DNA of 64,000 bases, taken from positions 62,807 to 126,806 of the forward strand of contig OZ242031.1 in the NCBI GenBank assembly GCA_965205045.1, given 5' to 3'. This document shows, piece after piece, positions 1-9,280 of this stretch. Under the pieces are notes generated by a model, which saw only the letters and a list, made by a program, of their open reading frames with translations, made no database searches and had not been told where the DNA came from. The translations under genes and the position numbers were made by a program. The stretch is from Candidatus Rariloculaceae bacterium (GTDB taxonomy: Bacteria; Pseudomonadota; Gammaproteobacteria; Steroidobacterales; Rariloculaceae). Numbering within the stretch: the stretch's first letter is position 1; each line of letters starts with the position of its first letter.

Positions 1-1
1 C

Positions 2-967
2 GGCACCACGCTCGAGGAAGCCCGGTTGTCGGTCTGGGATTCGGCCGAAGCGGTCACGATCGGCCAGACATTCGCCACGGTGGGGATTCTGTCCGGCATC
101 TTCTGCGGCATTGCCGCCATCAATTTCGGCACGCGCAGAAACTATACCCGCTTCATCACCAGCATGGAGTCCCTGCCCGACGACGTGCGCACCGGCTTCA
201 TCGCGGAGGAACATCAGCGCCCGCTCGGCGCGGCGACAGTGAATCCGATGACCATCGATCCCCTCGCCTGGCACCTCCTGCTGATCCTGATCGCCACGGC
301 CGGCGGCTACTATTCGTTTCAGGGCCTGCGCGAGGTGTTCCCGAATATCGCCCTGCCCATGATGTGCCTTTCCATGCTGAGCGGCGTCGCACTGCAGAAG
401 CTCCTGGGCGCCATCGGGCTGCAACACACGGTGGACAAGCGCATCATCACCCGCATGGGCAGCACGGTCACGGACTACCTGGTGGCCTTCGGCATCGCGT
501 CCATCAAGATCTCGGTGGTCATCGAGTTTGCCATTCCCCTGTTGCTGCTGGCCGTGGTCGGCGTATCTTTTGCATTGTTCTTCCTGTTCTTCGTCGCCAG
601 GCGGGTCTTTCACAATTACTGGTTCGAGAGGGGCATCTTCGTCTTCGGCTGGAGCACGGGCGTCGTCGCCATGGGCGTCACGCTGCTGCGGATCGTCGAT
701 CCCGATTTCCGCAGCAACACACTGGGAGACTACGGCATTGCGTACGTGTTCATTTCCATGATCGAACTTGGGATCGTCTCGATACTGCCGTCGGTCGTCG
801 CACTGAGTTTCATTTCGGGAAATTACTGGTACACGCTGATACCGGGCGCGGTCATGTTGACTGTCTGCCTCGGCCTGTTGTTGTTCACGGTCAATCGCTA
901 TGGCCTGCAGAGCCGCGACGGTTCGGTTCCGCGCCCGGGCGAGGAACCGGTCGCGCAATTGCCGTAG
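2..967 (+). CDS. Na+/glutamate symporter (GltS/ESS family)-like permease; 5' end lies outside the window
   Basis: The frame is open from position 2 (GTTLEEAR...), so the listed ORF 26..967 is only the internal part. The product is about 320 aa of successive hydrophobic helices. Segments GIFCGIAAINFGTRRN and GSTVTDYLVAFGIASIKISV resemble GltS-type carriers (recognised from memory). Confidence 0.55.
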   Translation, partial: GTTLEEARLSVWDSAEAVTIGQTFATVGILSGIFCGIAAINFGTRRNYTRFITSMESLPDDVRTGFIAEEHQRPLGAATVNPMTIDPLAWHLLLILIATAGGYYSFQGLREVFPNIALPMMCLSMLSGVALQKLLGAIGLQHTVDKRIITRMGSTVTDYLVAFGIASIKISVVIEFAIPLLLLAVVGVSFALFFLFFVARRVFHNYWFERGIFVFGWSTGVVAMGVTLLRIVDPDFRSNTLGDYGIAYVFISMIELGIVSILPSVVALSFISGNYWYTLIPGAVMLTVCLGLLLFTVNRYGLQSRDGSVPRPGEEPVAQLP

Positions 968-1056
968 CCCGCCTGACCCGACAGGCACACCGATGTCCGC
1001 AGCAAGGGCGCGGAGACGGCCCGACGGCAGTGGAAGGGCGGTGAACGGAGCGGGGG

Positions 1057-2034
1057 TCAGATCAGCGGCAGCTCGCTGACCGTATAGGCCTGCTCGCCGA
1101 ACCAGGGCGCAATTTTCTTCAACTGCGGCACCAGGTCGGTGGCGTAGATGTCCCGGCATATGTGCGCGACCTTCTCCGGCAGCGTGCCGAGTTCACCCTC
1201 GTGGCAGAGCAGCGACAGGTAGCGGGCATTGGCCCCAATGGCCAGCGGCAGGATTCGCATGCCCTGCAACAGTTCCTGGTGCGGAATGATGCACAAGCCC
1301 GTCACGATCGCCCACCCGTGTCCGGCCTGCACGAAGCGCAACAGCGTCTGCGTGCTGTCCAGTTCGTATCGGGTCATCAGCTTCACATCCAGCCGGCGTG
1401 CGATCAGGTCGATGAGTATCCCGATCCGGTTCTGCCTCGCGTAGTGGACGAACGGGACGTTTTCGGCGAGCCACCGGGGCGTCAGGTCCTCCTTCCGGCC
1501 GCAGTTTTGCGGAACGACTATCACGAAGGGATCGCGGAGAATCGGAAACCGCAGCAGTTCGTGATGACTCTCCATCGGCTCAGTCGTAATCAGCAGGTCC
1601 AGGTCATGGTTGAGCAGCGCCTCGGAGAGCGATCCGGAAACTCCGGTTCGAATCGACAGTTTCGACGAGAACGGCTTGATTCGCTCCATGATCTGCCCGC
1701 TGGCCGCCTCGCCGAAGGAATCGATCATGCCGATACGGAGTTTCGGCACGCTGTTGTGCGCAGCCATCTGGATATCGGCGAGAACGCGTTGCGCGTCGGC
1801 CATCGCGCGGTTCGCGTACTCGTTCAGGATCTTCCCGGTAGCGGTCAGCTTGATGGGCCTGGACCGCCGGACGATCAGCTCGGTGCCGGTTTGCGTTTCG
1901 AGACGCTTGATGGCCTGGGATACCGCCGACTGGGTAATCTCCAGCCGCCTTGCAGCCTGCGTCAGCGTCTCCGAAGAGGCCACGGCGGCGAACACGCGAA
2001 GAGTCCGGGAGTCGAAGTAACGACCGTCTTTCAC
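1057..2034 (-). CDS. LysR-family transcriptional regulator
   Basis: 325-aa ORF. The N-terminal winged HTH LRVFAAVASSETLTQAARRLEITQSAVSQAIKRLE is the LysR signature and is followed by a ~200-aa effector-binding domain. It lies 59 nt downstream of, and co-directional with, the FAD oxidoreductase gene. Confidence 0.9.
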   Translation of the reverse strand: MKDGRYFDSRTLRVFAAVASSETLTQAARRLEITQSAVSQAIKRLETQTGTELIVRRSRPIKLTATGKILNEYANRAMADAQRVLADIQMAAHNSVPKLRIGMIDSFGEAASGQIMERIKPFSSKLSIRTGVSGSLSEALLNHDLDLLITTEPMESHHELLRFPILRDPFVIVVPQNCGRKEDLTPRWLAENVPFVHYARQNRIGILIDLIARRLDVKLMTRYELDSTQTLLRFVQAGHGWAIVTGLCIIPHQELLQGMRILPLAIGANARYLSLLCHEGELGTLPEKVAHICRDIYATDLVPQLKKIAPWFGEQAYTVSELPLI

Positions 2035-2093
2035 AGTGTTTCTGCCGTTGCCTGCGAACCGTGGACATGTTGCGCGAACATGCTACGAACGGG

Positions 2094-3458
2094 TCAGCTC
2101 CACGGGAAAGGGCTGCGGGATACCGGGTGCAGCCTGCCTTGCGCGAATCGGGAAAACCGGTGCGGTTCAAGCAGTTGCGACGGCCGGCCGCAAATCTCCG
2201 CCGCGACCAGCTTGCCGACGCCGATCATCTTGTAGCCGTGATTCGAGTCGGCGATCACGTAGCAGTTGTGTCGGAACACGTCGAACACCGGGAAGCTGTC
2301 CGGGGTGAACGCGCCGATGCCGCCCGACGGCTCGCGGCTGAAGCTCGCCAGCGTGCCCGCAAAGCGCGCCTGACAATGCGACAGCGCGGACACCCACATG
2401 TGGGCGAATTCCGGTCCCACGATGAAGTCCGGCGACGCGGGACCGTAGGGGTCCACCGCGACACCGTCGGGATCCTTGTCTACCTTGTAAGGCGCGGCGC
2501 CACCTTGCACGCCATTGAAATGAAAGTCGGGCTTGTAGTAAATGCCCCAGGGCCGATCGGTAATCAACGAACCGTCCTCGTCGGACAGCAGCGGTGCGTC
2601 GGTATCCACATGGATCACCGGCGGCATCCTGCCGTCATTGGTCCTTTGCAGTTCGGGGTCCACGCCCAGGGTACCTTCCTCCAGGCACCAGTACGTCCAC
2701 ATCGGCACATCGCTGATCGTGTTGCCGTTTCGCGGATCCGTGATGTCTATGGCTTTCGGCAGTTCCAGCATATCCCAGAACCGCGTGATCCACGGTCCCG
2801 CACCGATCACGACATAATCGCAGTCGATCGTCCCGCTGCGCGTTTCGACGCACGCGATGGCACCCTGGTTGTCCCGGCCGAAGCCGGTCACCTCGACCCC
2901 GGCGAGGATACGAACGCCTTCCCGCTCGGCCTTGCCCGCCAGCCCGTACATGGCCCGGGTATTGTTGGCATATCCCCCCGGCAGCTCGTGCAACACGCTT
3001 GTGATGTTCTGCGCACGCCAGTCGTCAAACAGGCCACGCATGTATTTCATGCAGTCTTTGTCGCCCTCGATGAATGTCGATGCGTAACCGATGGCCTTCT
3101 GTTGCGCATGAATGGAACCGACGTCTTCGTGCATGGCTTCGTAGCTGATCTGCATGTAGCCGACGGGATGGTAGCTGTAGGCCTCCGCGTCGCTTTCCCA
3201 TACCTCCACGCTGTGAGCCATCAACTCCCGCATCGCCGGCTGGAAATAGTTGTTGCGCACCACGCCGCAGGCGATTCCCGAGGCTCCGGCACCGATGCCG
3301 GACTTGTCCAGCACGACAACGTCCTCACCCGATCCCCTGCCGCAGGCCTTGAGCTGCAGGGCGAGGTGATACGCGGTGCTCAATCCGTGCACCCCGGCGC
3401 CGATGATGACGTATGGCGAACTTGTCGGAATGCTCATGTACCCTGCCTTGCCGATCAT
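2094..3458 (-). CDS. FAD-dependent oxidoreductase (DAO / sarcosine-oxidase-beta-like family)
   Basis: 454-aa ORF with the dinucleotide-binding motif VIIGAGVHGLSTAYHLA near the N-terminus and a DAO-family layout. The start may instead be the second ATG at 3437 (MSIPTS...). Confidence 0.8.
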   Translation of the reverse strand: MIGKAGYMSIPTSSPYVIIGAGVHGLSTAYHLALQLKACGRGSGEDVVVLDKSGIGAGASGIACGVVRNNYFQPAMRELMAHSVEVWESDAEAYSYHPVGYMQISYEAMHEDVGSIHAQQKAIGYASTFIEGDKDCMKYMRGLFDDWRAQNITSVLHELPGGYANNTRAMYGLAGKAEREGVRILAGVEVTGFGRDNQGAIACVETRSGTIDCDYVVIGAGPWITRFWDMLELPKAIDITDPRNGNTISDVPMWTYWCLEEGTLGVDPELQRTNDGRMPPVIHVDTDAPLLSDEDGSLITDRPWGIYYKPDFHFNGVQGGAAPYKVDKDPDGVAVDPYGPASPDFIVGPEFAHMWVSALSHCQARFAGTLASFSREPSGGIGAFTPDSFPVFDVFRHNCYVIADSNHGYKMIGVGKLVAAEICGRPSQLLEPHRFSRFAQGRLHPVSRSPFPWS

Positions 3459-3551
3459 GTCCGGCGGCCTGCCGGGTGCCGCCCGTTACCCGGATTCCCG
3501 CCTGGCCGACCTCCGTGCCTGAGTGTTGCTGTAGTATGATCCCGAATAATG

Positions 3552-3610
3552 TCAGATTTGCCGGACGGAACCGTTCAGATGGGCTAATGCCGGACATTAG
3601 ATTGCCTAAT
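3552..3610. promoter_or_regulatory. Candidate operator in a divergent promoter region (interlocked half-site repeats)
   Basis: Half-sites CTAAT (3584-3588), ATTAG (3596-3600) and CTAAT (3606-3610). ATTAG-N5-CTAAT is a perfect T-N11-A type palindrome. TGCCGGAC is directly repeated at 3559-3566 and 3588-3595. (C/T)AGAT recurs at about 3553, 3576 and 3598. The region sits between divergent genes 2094..3458 (-) and 3685..5334 (+). Confidence 0.3.
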
Positions 3611-3684
3611 TCAATTTGCACCGGCCCGATCGCCCGTCTACTGTAGTTCAAAGGTTAACGTCAAAACCCCGGGGGGCCGAAGAA

Positions 3685-5334
3685 ATGACTGGATTGTCGA
3701 GTTTGGGGCGTACTGTTTTCGCCGCGTGGGCGGCATTCACCATAACCGCCGGCGGACTCGCCAACGAGGCGCGGCCGGACACGGACGCGAAAGCCGGGGA
3801 TATCCTTTTCGCACCGGTATTGGCCGCGGCTCCGCGGCTCGACCAGATCGCGACCAACGCACGCCCGTTGATGTCCTGGGCCAACGCCGACGGCGGCGTC
3901 GGCGCCAAGACCTATATCCTGCAGCTCGACAAGGCGCCTTCGTTCGATTCCGAAGCGCTGCGCGAGTACGCCGGCATCGAGAGCGGGATTCACATCACGT
4001 CGTTCAGGCTTCCCGAACCGCTCGATGACGATACGCAGTATTTCTGGCGGGTGATGGCCATGGACGAAGCCGGCAACCGCAGTGCATGGGGCCGGGAGAT
4101 CGGCGATATCACGGCGCGATTTTTCGTCCGCACCGCCTGGGACGACCAGTACTACGGTCCCAGGGTTCCCGTGGAGTCCATTACGACCTCGCCGGGCACC
4201 GGCGTCGAGTACATCCAGGACTATGACGAAAGCGGACTCAGCGCGTGGACCGGCGAGGCCGACCGGGAGAGTCACTGGGTTCAGTTCGACTTCGGCCAGC
4301 CGGCCACGATCGGCCGCATATGGCTGCTGTTCAAGGAACCGGGCTGGAAACCGAGGGAACAGTCCGGATACACGTTCGTCACCAGGCAGACCGACCTCGC
4401 CGGGCGCGCGACGGATTACCAGTGGATGTACAGCGACGACGGCGTCGAATGGTCGTCAGTGCCCGGTACCCGCATGCAGGGGGCCGACGGCTTTCGGGCG
4501 GAGTTCATGCTGGACGACAATCCCATCGCCGCGCGGTACCTGAAGCTCGATATATCCGGATGGATGGGCGATGCGCCCAAGGTCGCCGAAGCGACATTCT
4601 ACCGCCGGGGCGCGGCGCCGGTGCCCGACGTGCCCGACGGCCCCTACGTGATGGTGATCGGCAACTCACGGTCCGATTCCGGCAATTCCGGAACCTCCTT
4701 CAGAGACGTGGTGCTCGGACTGGACGGGCACGTGGCGCCGACATTCGAACTGGAAGTCGTTGAAGTCTCTCACTACGACATTTCCCAGGAGGTGGTGGAT
4801 AACCTGCCCAACAAGCCGCTGGCGATTTTCCTTACCGGATTCGGCCGATGGGACGAGATGATTCCCCAGTTCGAATTCAACGGCGAGTACGAGATTATCC
4901 GGGAGTCGAACATCCCCATCCTGGGGGCGTGCGGCGGCCTGCAACTCATGGCCCAGCAGGACGGCTTTACCTTTGCGGTGGACACGGGCCGCTATTTCGG
5001 CACGCGCAGCCTTCAGGCCATCCTCGAAGAGGACATTCCGCCTGTCGACATTCACGCCCATGACGACCCGTTCTTTTCCGGCATGGTGACGCCGTTCTTC
5101 GGTCCGAAATTCCATAGCTGGGCCGTCTCCGTTGTGCCGGAGGGCTGGGAAATCCTCGCGACATCGACGGATTCCGACGGCGTGGTGGTCAACGAAGTGA
5201 TGCGGGCCTCCGACCGGCTGGTTTACGGCACCCAGTTCCACCCGGAGATCGCGCAGTCCTTCAGCACGTCCAAGGTCGTACTGAACAACTTCCTGAGCAT
5301 GGCCATCGAGAGGTACCGGGAGCAAACCCAGTAG
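3685..5334 (+). CDS. Exported multidomain protein: FN3-like + discoidin (F5/8 type C)-like + class-I glutamine amidotransferase / peptidase C26-like domain
   Basis: The start is taken at ATG 3685, giving the signal-like N-terminus MTGLSSLGRTVFAAWAAFTITAGGLA. The FN3-like signature is YFWRVMAMDEAGNRSAWG. The discoidin-like block is HWVQFDFGQPATIGRIWLLF...ARYLKLDISGW. The C-terminal GATase1 fold has the nucleophile elbow ILGACGGLQLM and GTQFHPE. Confidence 0.75.
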   Translation: MTGLSSLGRTVFAAWAAFTITAGGLANEARPDTDAKAGDILFAPVLAAAPRLDQIATNARPLMSWANADGGVGAKTYILQLDKAPSFDSEALREYAGIESGIHITSFRLPEPLDDDTQYFWRVMAMDEAGNRSAWGREIGDITARFFVRTAWDDQYYGPRVPVESITTSPGTGVEYIQDYDESGLSAWTGEADRESHWVQFDFGQPATIGRIWLLFKEPGWKPREQSGYTFVTRQTDLAGRATDYQWMYSDDGVEWSSVPGTRMQGADGFRAEFMLDDNPIAARYLKLDISGWMGDAPKVAEATFYRRGAAPVPDVPDGPYVMVIGNSRSDSGNSGTSFRDVVLGLDGHVAPTFELEVVEVSHYDISQEVVDNLPNKPLAIFLTGFGRWDEMIPQFEFNGEYEIIRESNIPILGACGGLQLMAQQDGFTFAVDTGRYFGTRSLQAILEEDIPPVDIHAHDDPFFSGMVTPFFGPKFHSWAVSVVPEGWEILATSTDSDGVVVNEVMRASDRLVYGTQFHPEIAQSFSTSKVVLNNFLSMAIERYREQTQ

Positions 5335-5340
5335 CGGTTC

Positions 5341-6699
5341 ATGCCCGCGGTACAGCCGCTGCCGGACATCGCCGGCTTCGTCCTCGATACCGATTACGGC
5401 GACCTTCCCGACCCCGTCATTCGAACGGCACTACGCTGTTGCCTCGATACTGCCGGGGTTGCGGCAGCCGGACGCAAGACCGATCTTTCGCGCATCGCCG
5501 TCGAACACGCGGCGGACTTTCTCGCACCGGGCCGGGACACTTCCGACATCCTCTTCACCGGGCGTACCGCCAGCCCGATGGGAGCGGCCCTGGCCGGGGG
5601 CATGACCATCGACTCGGTGGATGCCCACGACGGCCACAGCCTCACCAAGGGGCATGCAGGCGCGGCCGTGTTCCCCGCCCTGCACGCCTTCGCGTCCGCC
5701 GCGCAAAACGGCGGCCGCACGCTATCCGGGAGGGCGTTCCTTGCCGCGCTGGCTGTCGGCTACGAGATCGCCCTGCGCGCGGGAATCTGTCTTCACGCAA
5801 CCGCCGGCGACTATCACACGTCCGGCGCCTGGAACGCCCTTGGCTGCGCGGCAGTCGGCGCCCGCTGCCTGGGGCTCACGGCCGTGCAGACCCGCCACGC
5901 GCTGGGAATAGCGGAATACCACGGCCCGCGCAGCCAGATGATGCGCTGCATCGACCACCCCACCATGCTGAAGGACGGCTCGGGTTGGGGCGCGATGTGC
6001 GGCGTCAGCGCCGCGTTGCTCGCCGGGTCGGGTTTCAGCGGGGCGCCCGCCGTGACCCTGGAGTACCCGGAGGCCCGGCCCTTCTGGGAGGATCTCGGCA
6101 CGCGTTGGGAACTGTTGAACCAGTATTTCAAGCCCTACCCGGTATGCCGGTGGGCGCAACCGGCGATCGCGGCCGTGGCCGACCTGATGCGACGCCACAC
6201 CATCGACCACGCGGCCATATCGGAGGTGGAGGTGACCACGTTCCACGAAGCGTTGCGCCTCTCGGGCCATGCCCCTCGCACCACCGAAGAGGCACAGTAC
6301 GCCATCGCGTTCCCGATTGCCGCGTTCATCGTCACCGGCAGCCTCGGAGTGGAACAGCTTGTCGGGGATGCCCTGCAGGACGCCGACATCCTGGCCCTCA
6401 GCCACAAGATCGGAATCCGCGAGTCGGTCCGGTACAACGAACGATTTCCGGCCGAGCGCTGGGCGGACGTGCGAGTGCGGCTTGCGTCCGGTGACGTGAT
6501 CGAGTCCGCGCCGACCCTGCCGCCGGGCGATTCCGAACGCCCCCTGACCGACCATGAAATTCTCCGGAAATTCGAACGGCTCTGTGCGCCGGCACTGGAT
6601 GCGCGCACGACTCGCCGACTGCACGACGCGGTCATGAACTTGAGCGATGCCGACCGCTCCGCCAAGGGGCTTCTCGAAGTGCTTCGCACACCCGTCTGA
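5341..6699 (+). CDS. MmgE/PrpD family protein (2-methylcitrate dehydratase superfamily)
   Basis: 452-aa ORF. The N-terminus IAGFVLDTDYGDLPDPVIRTALRCCLDTAGVAAAG and the overall length are typical of MmgE/PrpD. It starts 6 nt after the preceding stop. Confidence 0.85.
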   Translation: MPAVQPLPDIAGFVLDTDYGDLPDPVIRTALRCCLDTAGVAAAGRKTDLSRIAVEHAADFLAPGRDTSDILFTGRTASPMGAALAGGMTIDSVDAHDGHSLTKGHAGAAVFPALHAFASAAQNGGRTLSGRAFLAALAVGYEIALRAGICLHATAGDYHTSGAWNALGCAAVGARCLGLTAVQTRHALGIAEYHGPRSQMMRCIDHPTMLKDGSGWGAMCGVSAALLAGSGFSGAPAVTLEYPEARPFWEDLGTRWELLNQYFKPYPVCRWAQPAIAAVADLMRRHTIDHAAISEVEVTTFHEALRLSGHAPRTTEEAQYAIAFPIAAFIVTGSLGVEQLVGDALQDADILALSHKIGIRESVRYNERFPAERWADVRVRLASGDVIESAPTLPPGDSERPLTDHEILRKFERLCAPALDARTTRRLHDAVMNLSDADRSAKGLLEVLRTPV

Positions 6700-6759
6700 C
6701 CGCGGACATCCAAGCGGAAGTAACGGCACTAATGGCGGTTGTCAAATTTACTTATCATA

Positions 6760-6789
6760 TTGATTTGCATTCATTTCAATGACTATGCT
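6760..6789 (+). promoter_or_regulatory. Possible sigma70-type promoter for the TonB-dependent receptor gene
   Basis: AT-rich island in a GC-rich context: TTGATT (6760-6765), 18-nt spacer, TATGCT (6784-6789), about 37 nt upstream of ATG 6826. Pattern match only. Confidence 0.25.
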
Positions 6790-6825
6790 TGAGCCATGCT
6801 GAAGGGCTGACTCGATTTACGGGGG

Positions 6826-9240
6826 ATGAGACCGATGTTGCGAAAAAAAAGGATCAGTGAAGCCGTTGCCCTGGCACTTGCCGGAGGCACGATGGCGCTG
6901 CCTCAGGCCGTTCAGGCACAGGCCGGCCAGGAGGTAAGGATCGAGGAAATCATCGTCACGGCGACCCGGCGCGAAACGGCGCTGCAGGATACCGCGGTTG
7001 CGGTCTCGGTCATCGGCCAGGGCGACATCGAGTCGCTGAATATCGATCACTTCCAGGATTACCTCAAGTATCTGCCCAACCTGCAGGCCGAGGGCGCGCA
7101 ACCCGGCGGGCAGTTCATGGAGATGCGCGGCATCGCGGCCAACGGCGGCAACGTATTCCAGGCCGGCGGGGTCGACGCCGCGGCGTCCGTCGCGGTCTAC
7201 CTGGACGAGGCCCCGATTACGGCGGGCGTTCGCAACGTCGACCTCTACGTGACCGACATCAATCGCGTCGAGGTGTTGAGCGGCCCGCAGGGCACGTTGT
7301 TCGGTTCGGCTTCCATGTCCGGCGCCGTGCGGCTGATCACCAACAAGCCCAGTACGGACGGCTTCGACGCCAGCTTCGAACTGGGCACGGGAACCACCGA
7401 GGGCAGTTCCGAAACGAATCGCAACATCGAGGGGTTCGTGAATATCCCCATCGCCGAAGACCGGTTCGCCGTCCGCATTGCCGCCTACAACGACTACCAG
7501 GGCGGTTACCTGGACAATACGCCGGGCTCCATGAGCCTGGCCGAGAATCGCCGCATCGTCGGCAATTCCGGCGGCGCATACGACAATCTCACGTCGTTCG
7601 TGGTGCTGGACAATTCGGAATACCTCGACAACGACCTGAACGACGTGGAATACACCGGGGCCCGGTTGAGCGCGTTGGCCACCCTCAGCGACGACTGGTC
7701 GATGCTGTTCCAGCATACGAACCAGAATCTGGAGACGGGCGGGCCCTTCACCTACCGCGACGACATAGGCGACCTGAAGGTTCTGCAGTACAACCCGGGT
7801 TCCCTCGACGATCAGGTGAACATATCCGCCCTGACGGTGGAGGGCCGCCTGGCGGCTCTGGACGTGATCTACAACGGATCCTTCATGGACCGCGACGTGG
7901 AACAGGTCATCGACTATTCCTGGTACACGCAGTCCGGCTGGTTCCTGCCGTACTACGCCTGCGACTATCCCGACTACACGCACTGCTCCATACCGCGGCA
8001 GGACTATACGTCGTTCGGCCACAGCGAGGACGTCACCCACGAAGTCCGGCTGGCATCCGACGCGACCAACCGGTTCAGCTACATCCTGGGCTACTACTAC
8101 AACAAGTCCGGTTGCGACGCCCGGGGGTGCGGCGTGAGCCAGAATTTCAACTACTACGGGTCCATCGACCAGGGGTTCCCGCGAAACGCGCCCATTTCCA
8201 CCGCAACGAGTTACGACCCCACGCCGCGCCCGCCCGGAACGATGTTCTTCAACGACATCAGCCCCACCGTCGAGGAGAATGCGTTCTACGGACAGTTGAC
8301 GGCTCAGATCAGCGAGAACTGGAGCATTACCGGCGGAATTCGCGGCTACGAAAAGGATCTCGTTACCGTGGGGTCGGCAAACTTCGGCAATCGCGGCGTG
8401 GACAGGGATTCGGGACGCAACCTTGACGAAAGGCTGAACCCGGCCAGCGAGTCCGACACGATTCCGCTGCTGACCGTCAGCTATACGCCCACCGACAACC
8501 TGCTGTTGTACGGGACGTATTCCGAAGGTTTCACCACGGGTGGCTTCAACCGCAACGGCGGACCGGGTTTCGACGGTTCCATCGTCCCCGACCACTACAA
8601 TACGGAGACCACGCAAAACGTCGAGTTTGGATGGAAGGCGTCCCTGGCGGACGGCCGACTCCGGTTCAATGGCGCGATCTTCAGCATCGACTGGAATGAC
8701 ATCGTGGTGAACGTGCTGGACGAGACCATTTCCCTGATCCTGTTCCAGACCAACGCGGGCAGCGCGCATGTCGATGGCCTGGAAGCGGACATCATCTATC
8801 TGCTGGATTCGAACTGGACTCTGGCCGGATCCGTCGCCTTCACGGAATCCAGGATCACGCATGTGCCGTCGACCGCTGCCGAGAGGTTCGCCGAGGAGGG
8901 TACGCCGCTGGCGAGGCAACCCAGGTTGGCCGGCAACCTGAGGGTCCAGCGCACGTTCCGCGTGGGCGGCATGGATGCGTATGCCATGCTGGGCATGATC
9001 CACAAGGGCTCGGCGTGGAACGGCGTCTCGCCGAGCCGGGTGCAGATGGAGCCCTACACGTTGTGGGATGCCAATTTCACCATCGATTTCGGAGAACGCA
9101 TGACGGGCAGGCTGTTCGCTCACAATCTCACCAACGAGCGCAACGAACTGGCCATCTCCAGGAACGAGGCGACGGGAGAGATCACCAAGACCATCGGCCG
9201 GCCGCGTACCATCGGCGTCAAACTGTCGTATAGTTTCTGA
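6826..9240 (+). CDS. TonB-dependent outer-membrane receptor
   Basis: 804 aa. It has a signal peptide ending AVQAQA and the plug-domain opening IEEIIVTATRRETALQDTAVAVSVIG. The body is a long beta-barrel rich in Y/G/N/D, with the terminal beta-strand GVKLSYSF. Confidence 0.92.
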   Translation: MRPMLRKKRISEAVALALAGGTMALPQAVQAQAGQEVRIEEIIVTATRRETALQDTAVAVSVIGQGDIESLNIDHFQDYLKYLPNLQAEGAQPGGQFMEMRGIAANGGNVFQAGGVDAAASVAVYLDEAPITAGVRNVDLYVTDINRVEVLSGPQGTLFGSASMSGAVRLITNKPSTDGFDASFELGTGTTEGSSETNRNIEGFVNIPIAEDRFAVRIAAYNDYQGGYLDNTPGSMSLAENRRIVGNSGGAYDNLTSFVVLDNSEYLDNDLNDVEYTGARLSALATLSDDWSMLFQHTNQNLETGGPFTYRDDIGDLKVLQYNPGSLDDQVNISALTVEGRLAALDVIYNGSFMDRDVEQVIDYSWYTQSGWFLPYYACDYPDYTHCSIPRQDYTSFGHSEDVTHEVRLASDATNRFSYILGYYYNKSGCDARGCGVSQNFNYYGSIDQGFPRNAPISTATSYDPTPRPPGTMFFNDISPTVEENAFYGQLTAQISENWSITGGIRGYEKDLVTVGSANFGNRGVDRDSGRNLDERLNPASESDTIPLLTVSYTPTDNLLLYGTYSEGFTTGGFNRNGGPGFDGSIVPDHYNTETTQNVEFGWKASLADGRLRFNGAIFSIDWNDIVVNVLDETISLILFQTNAGSAHVDGLEADIIYLLDSNWTLAGSVAFTESRITHVPSTAAERFAEEGTPLARQPRLAGNLRVQRTFRVGGMDAYAMLGMIHKGSAWNGVSPSRVQMEPYTLWDANFTIDFGERMTGRLFAHNLTNERNELAISRNEATGEITKTIGRPRTIGVKLSYSF

Positions 9241-9280
9241 CTCGCGGGTCAGCTTCGCGACACCGGATCGCCGAAATCGC

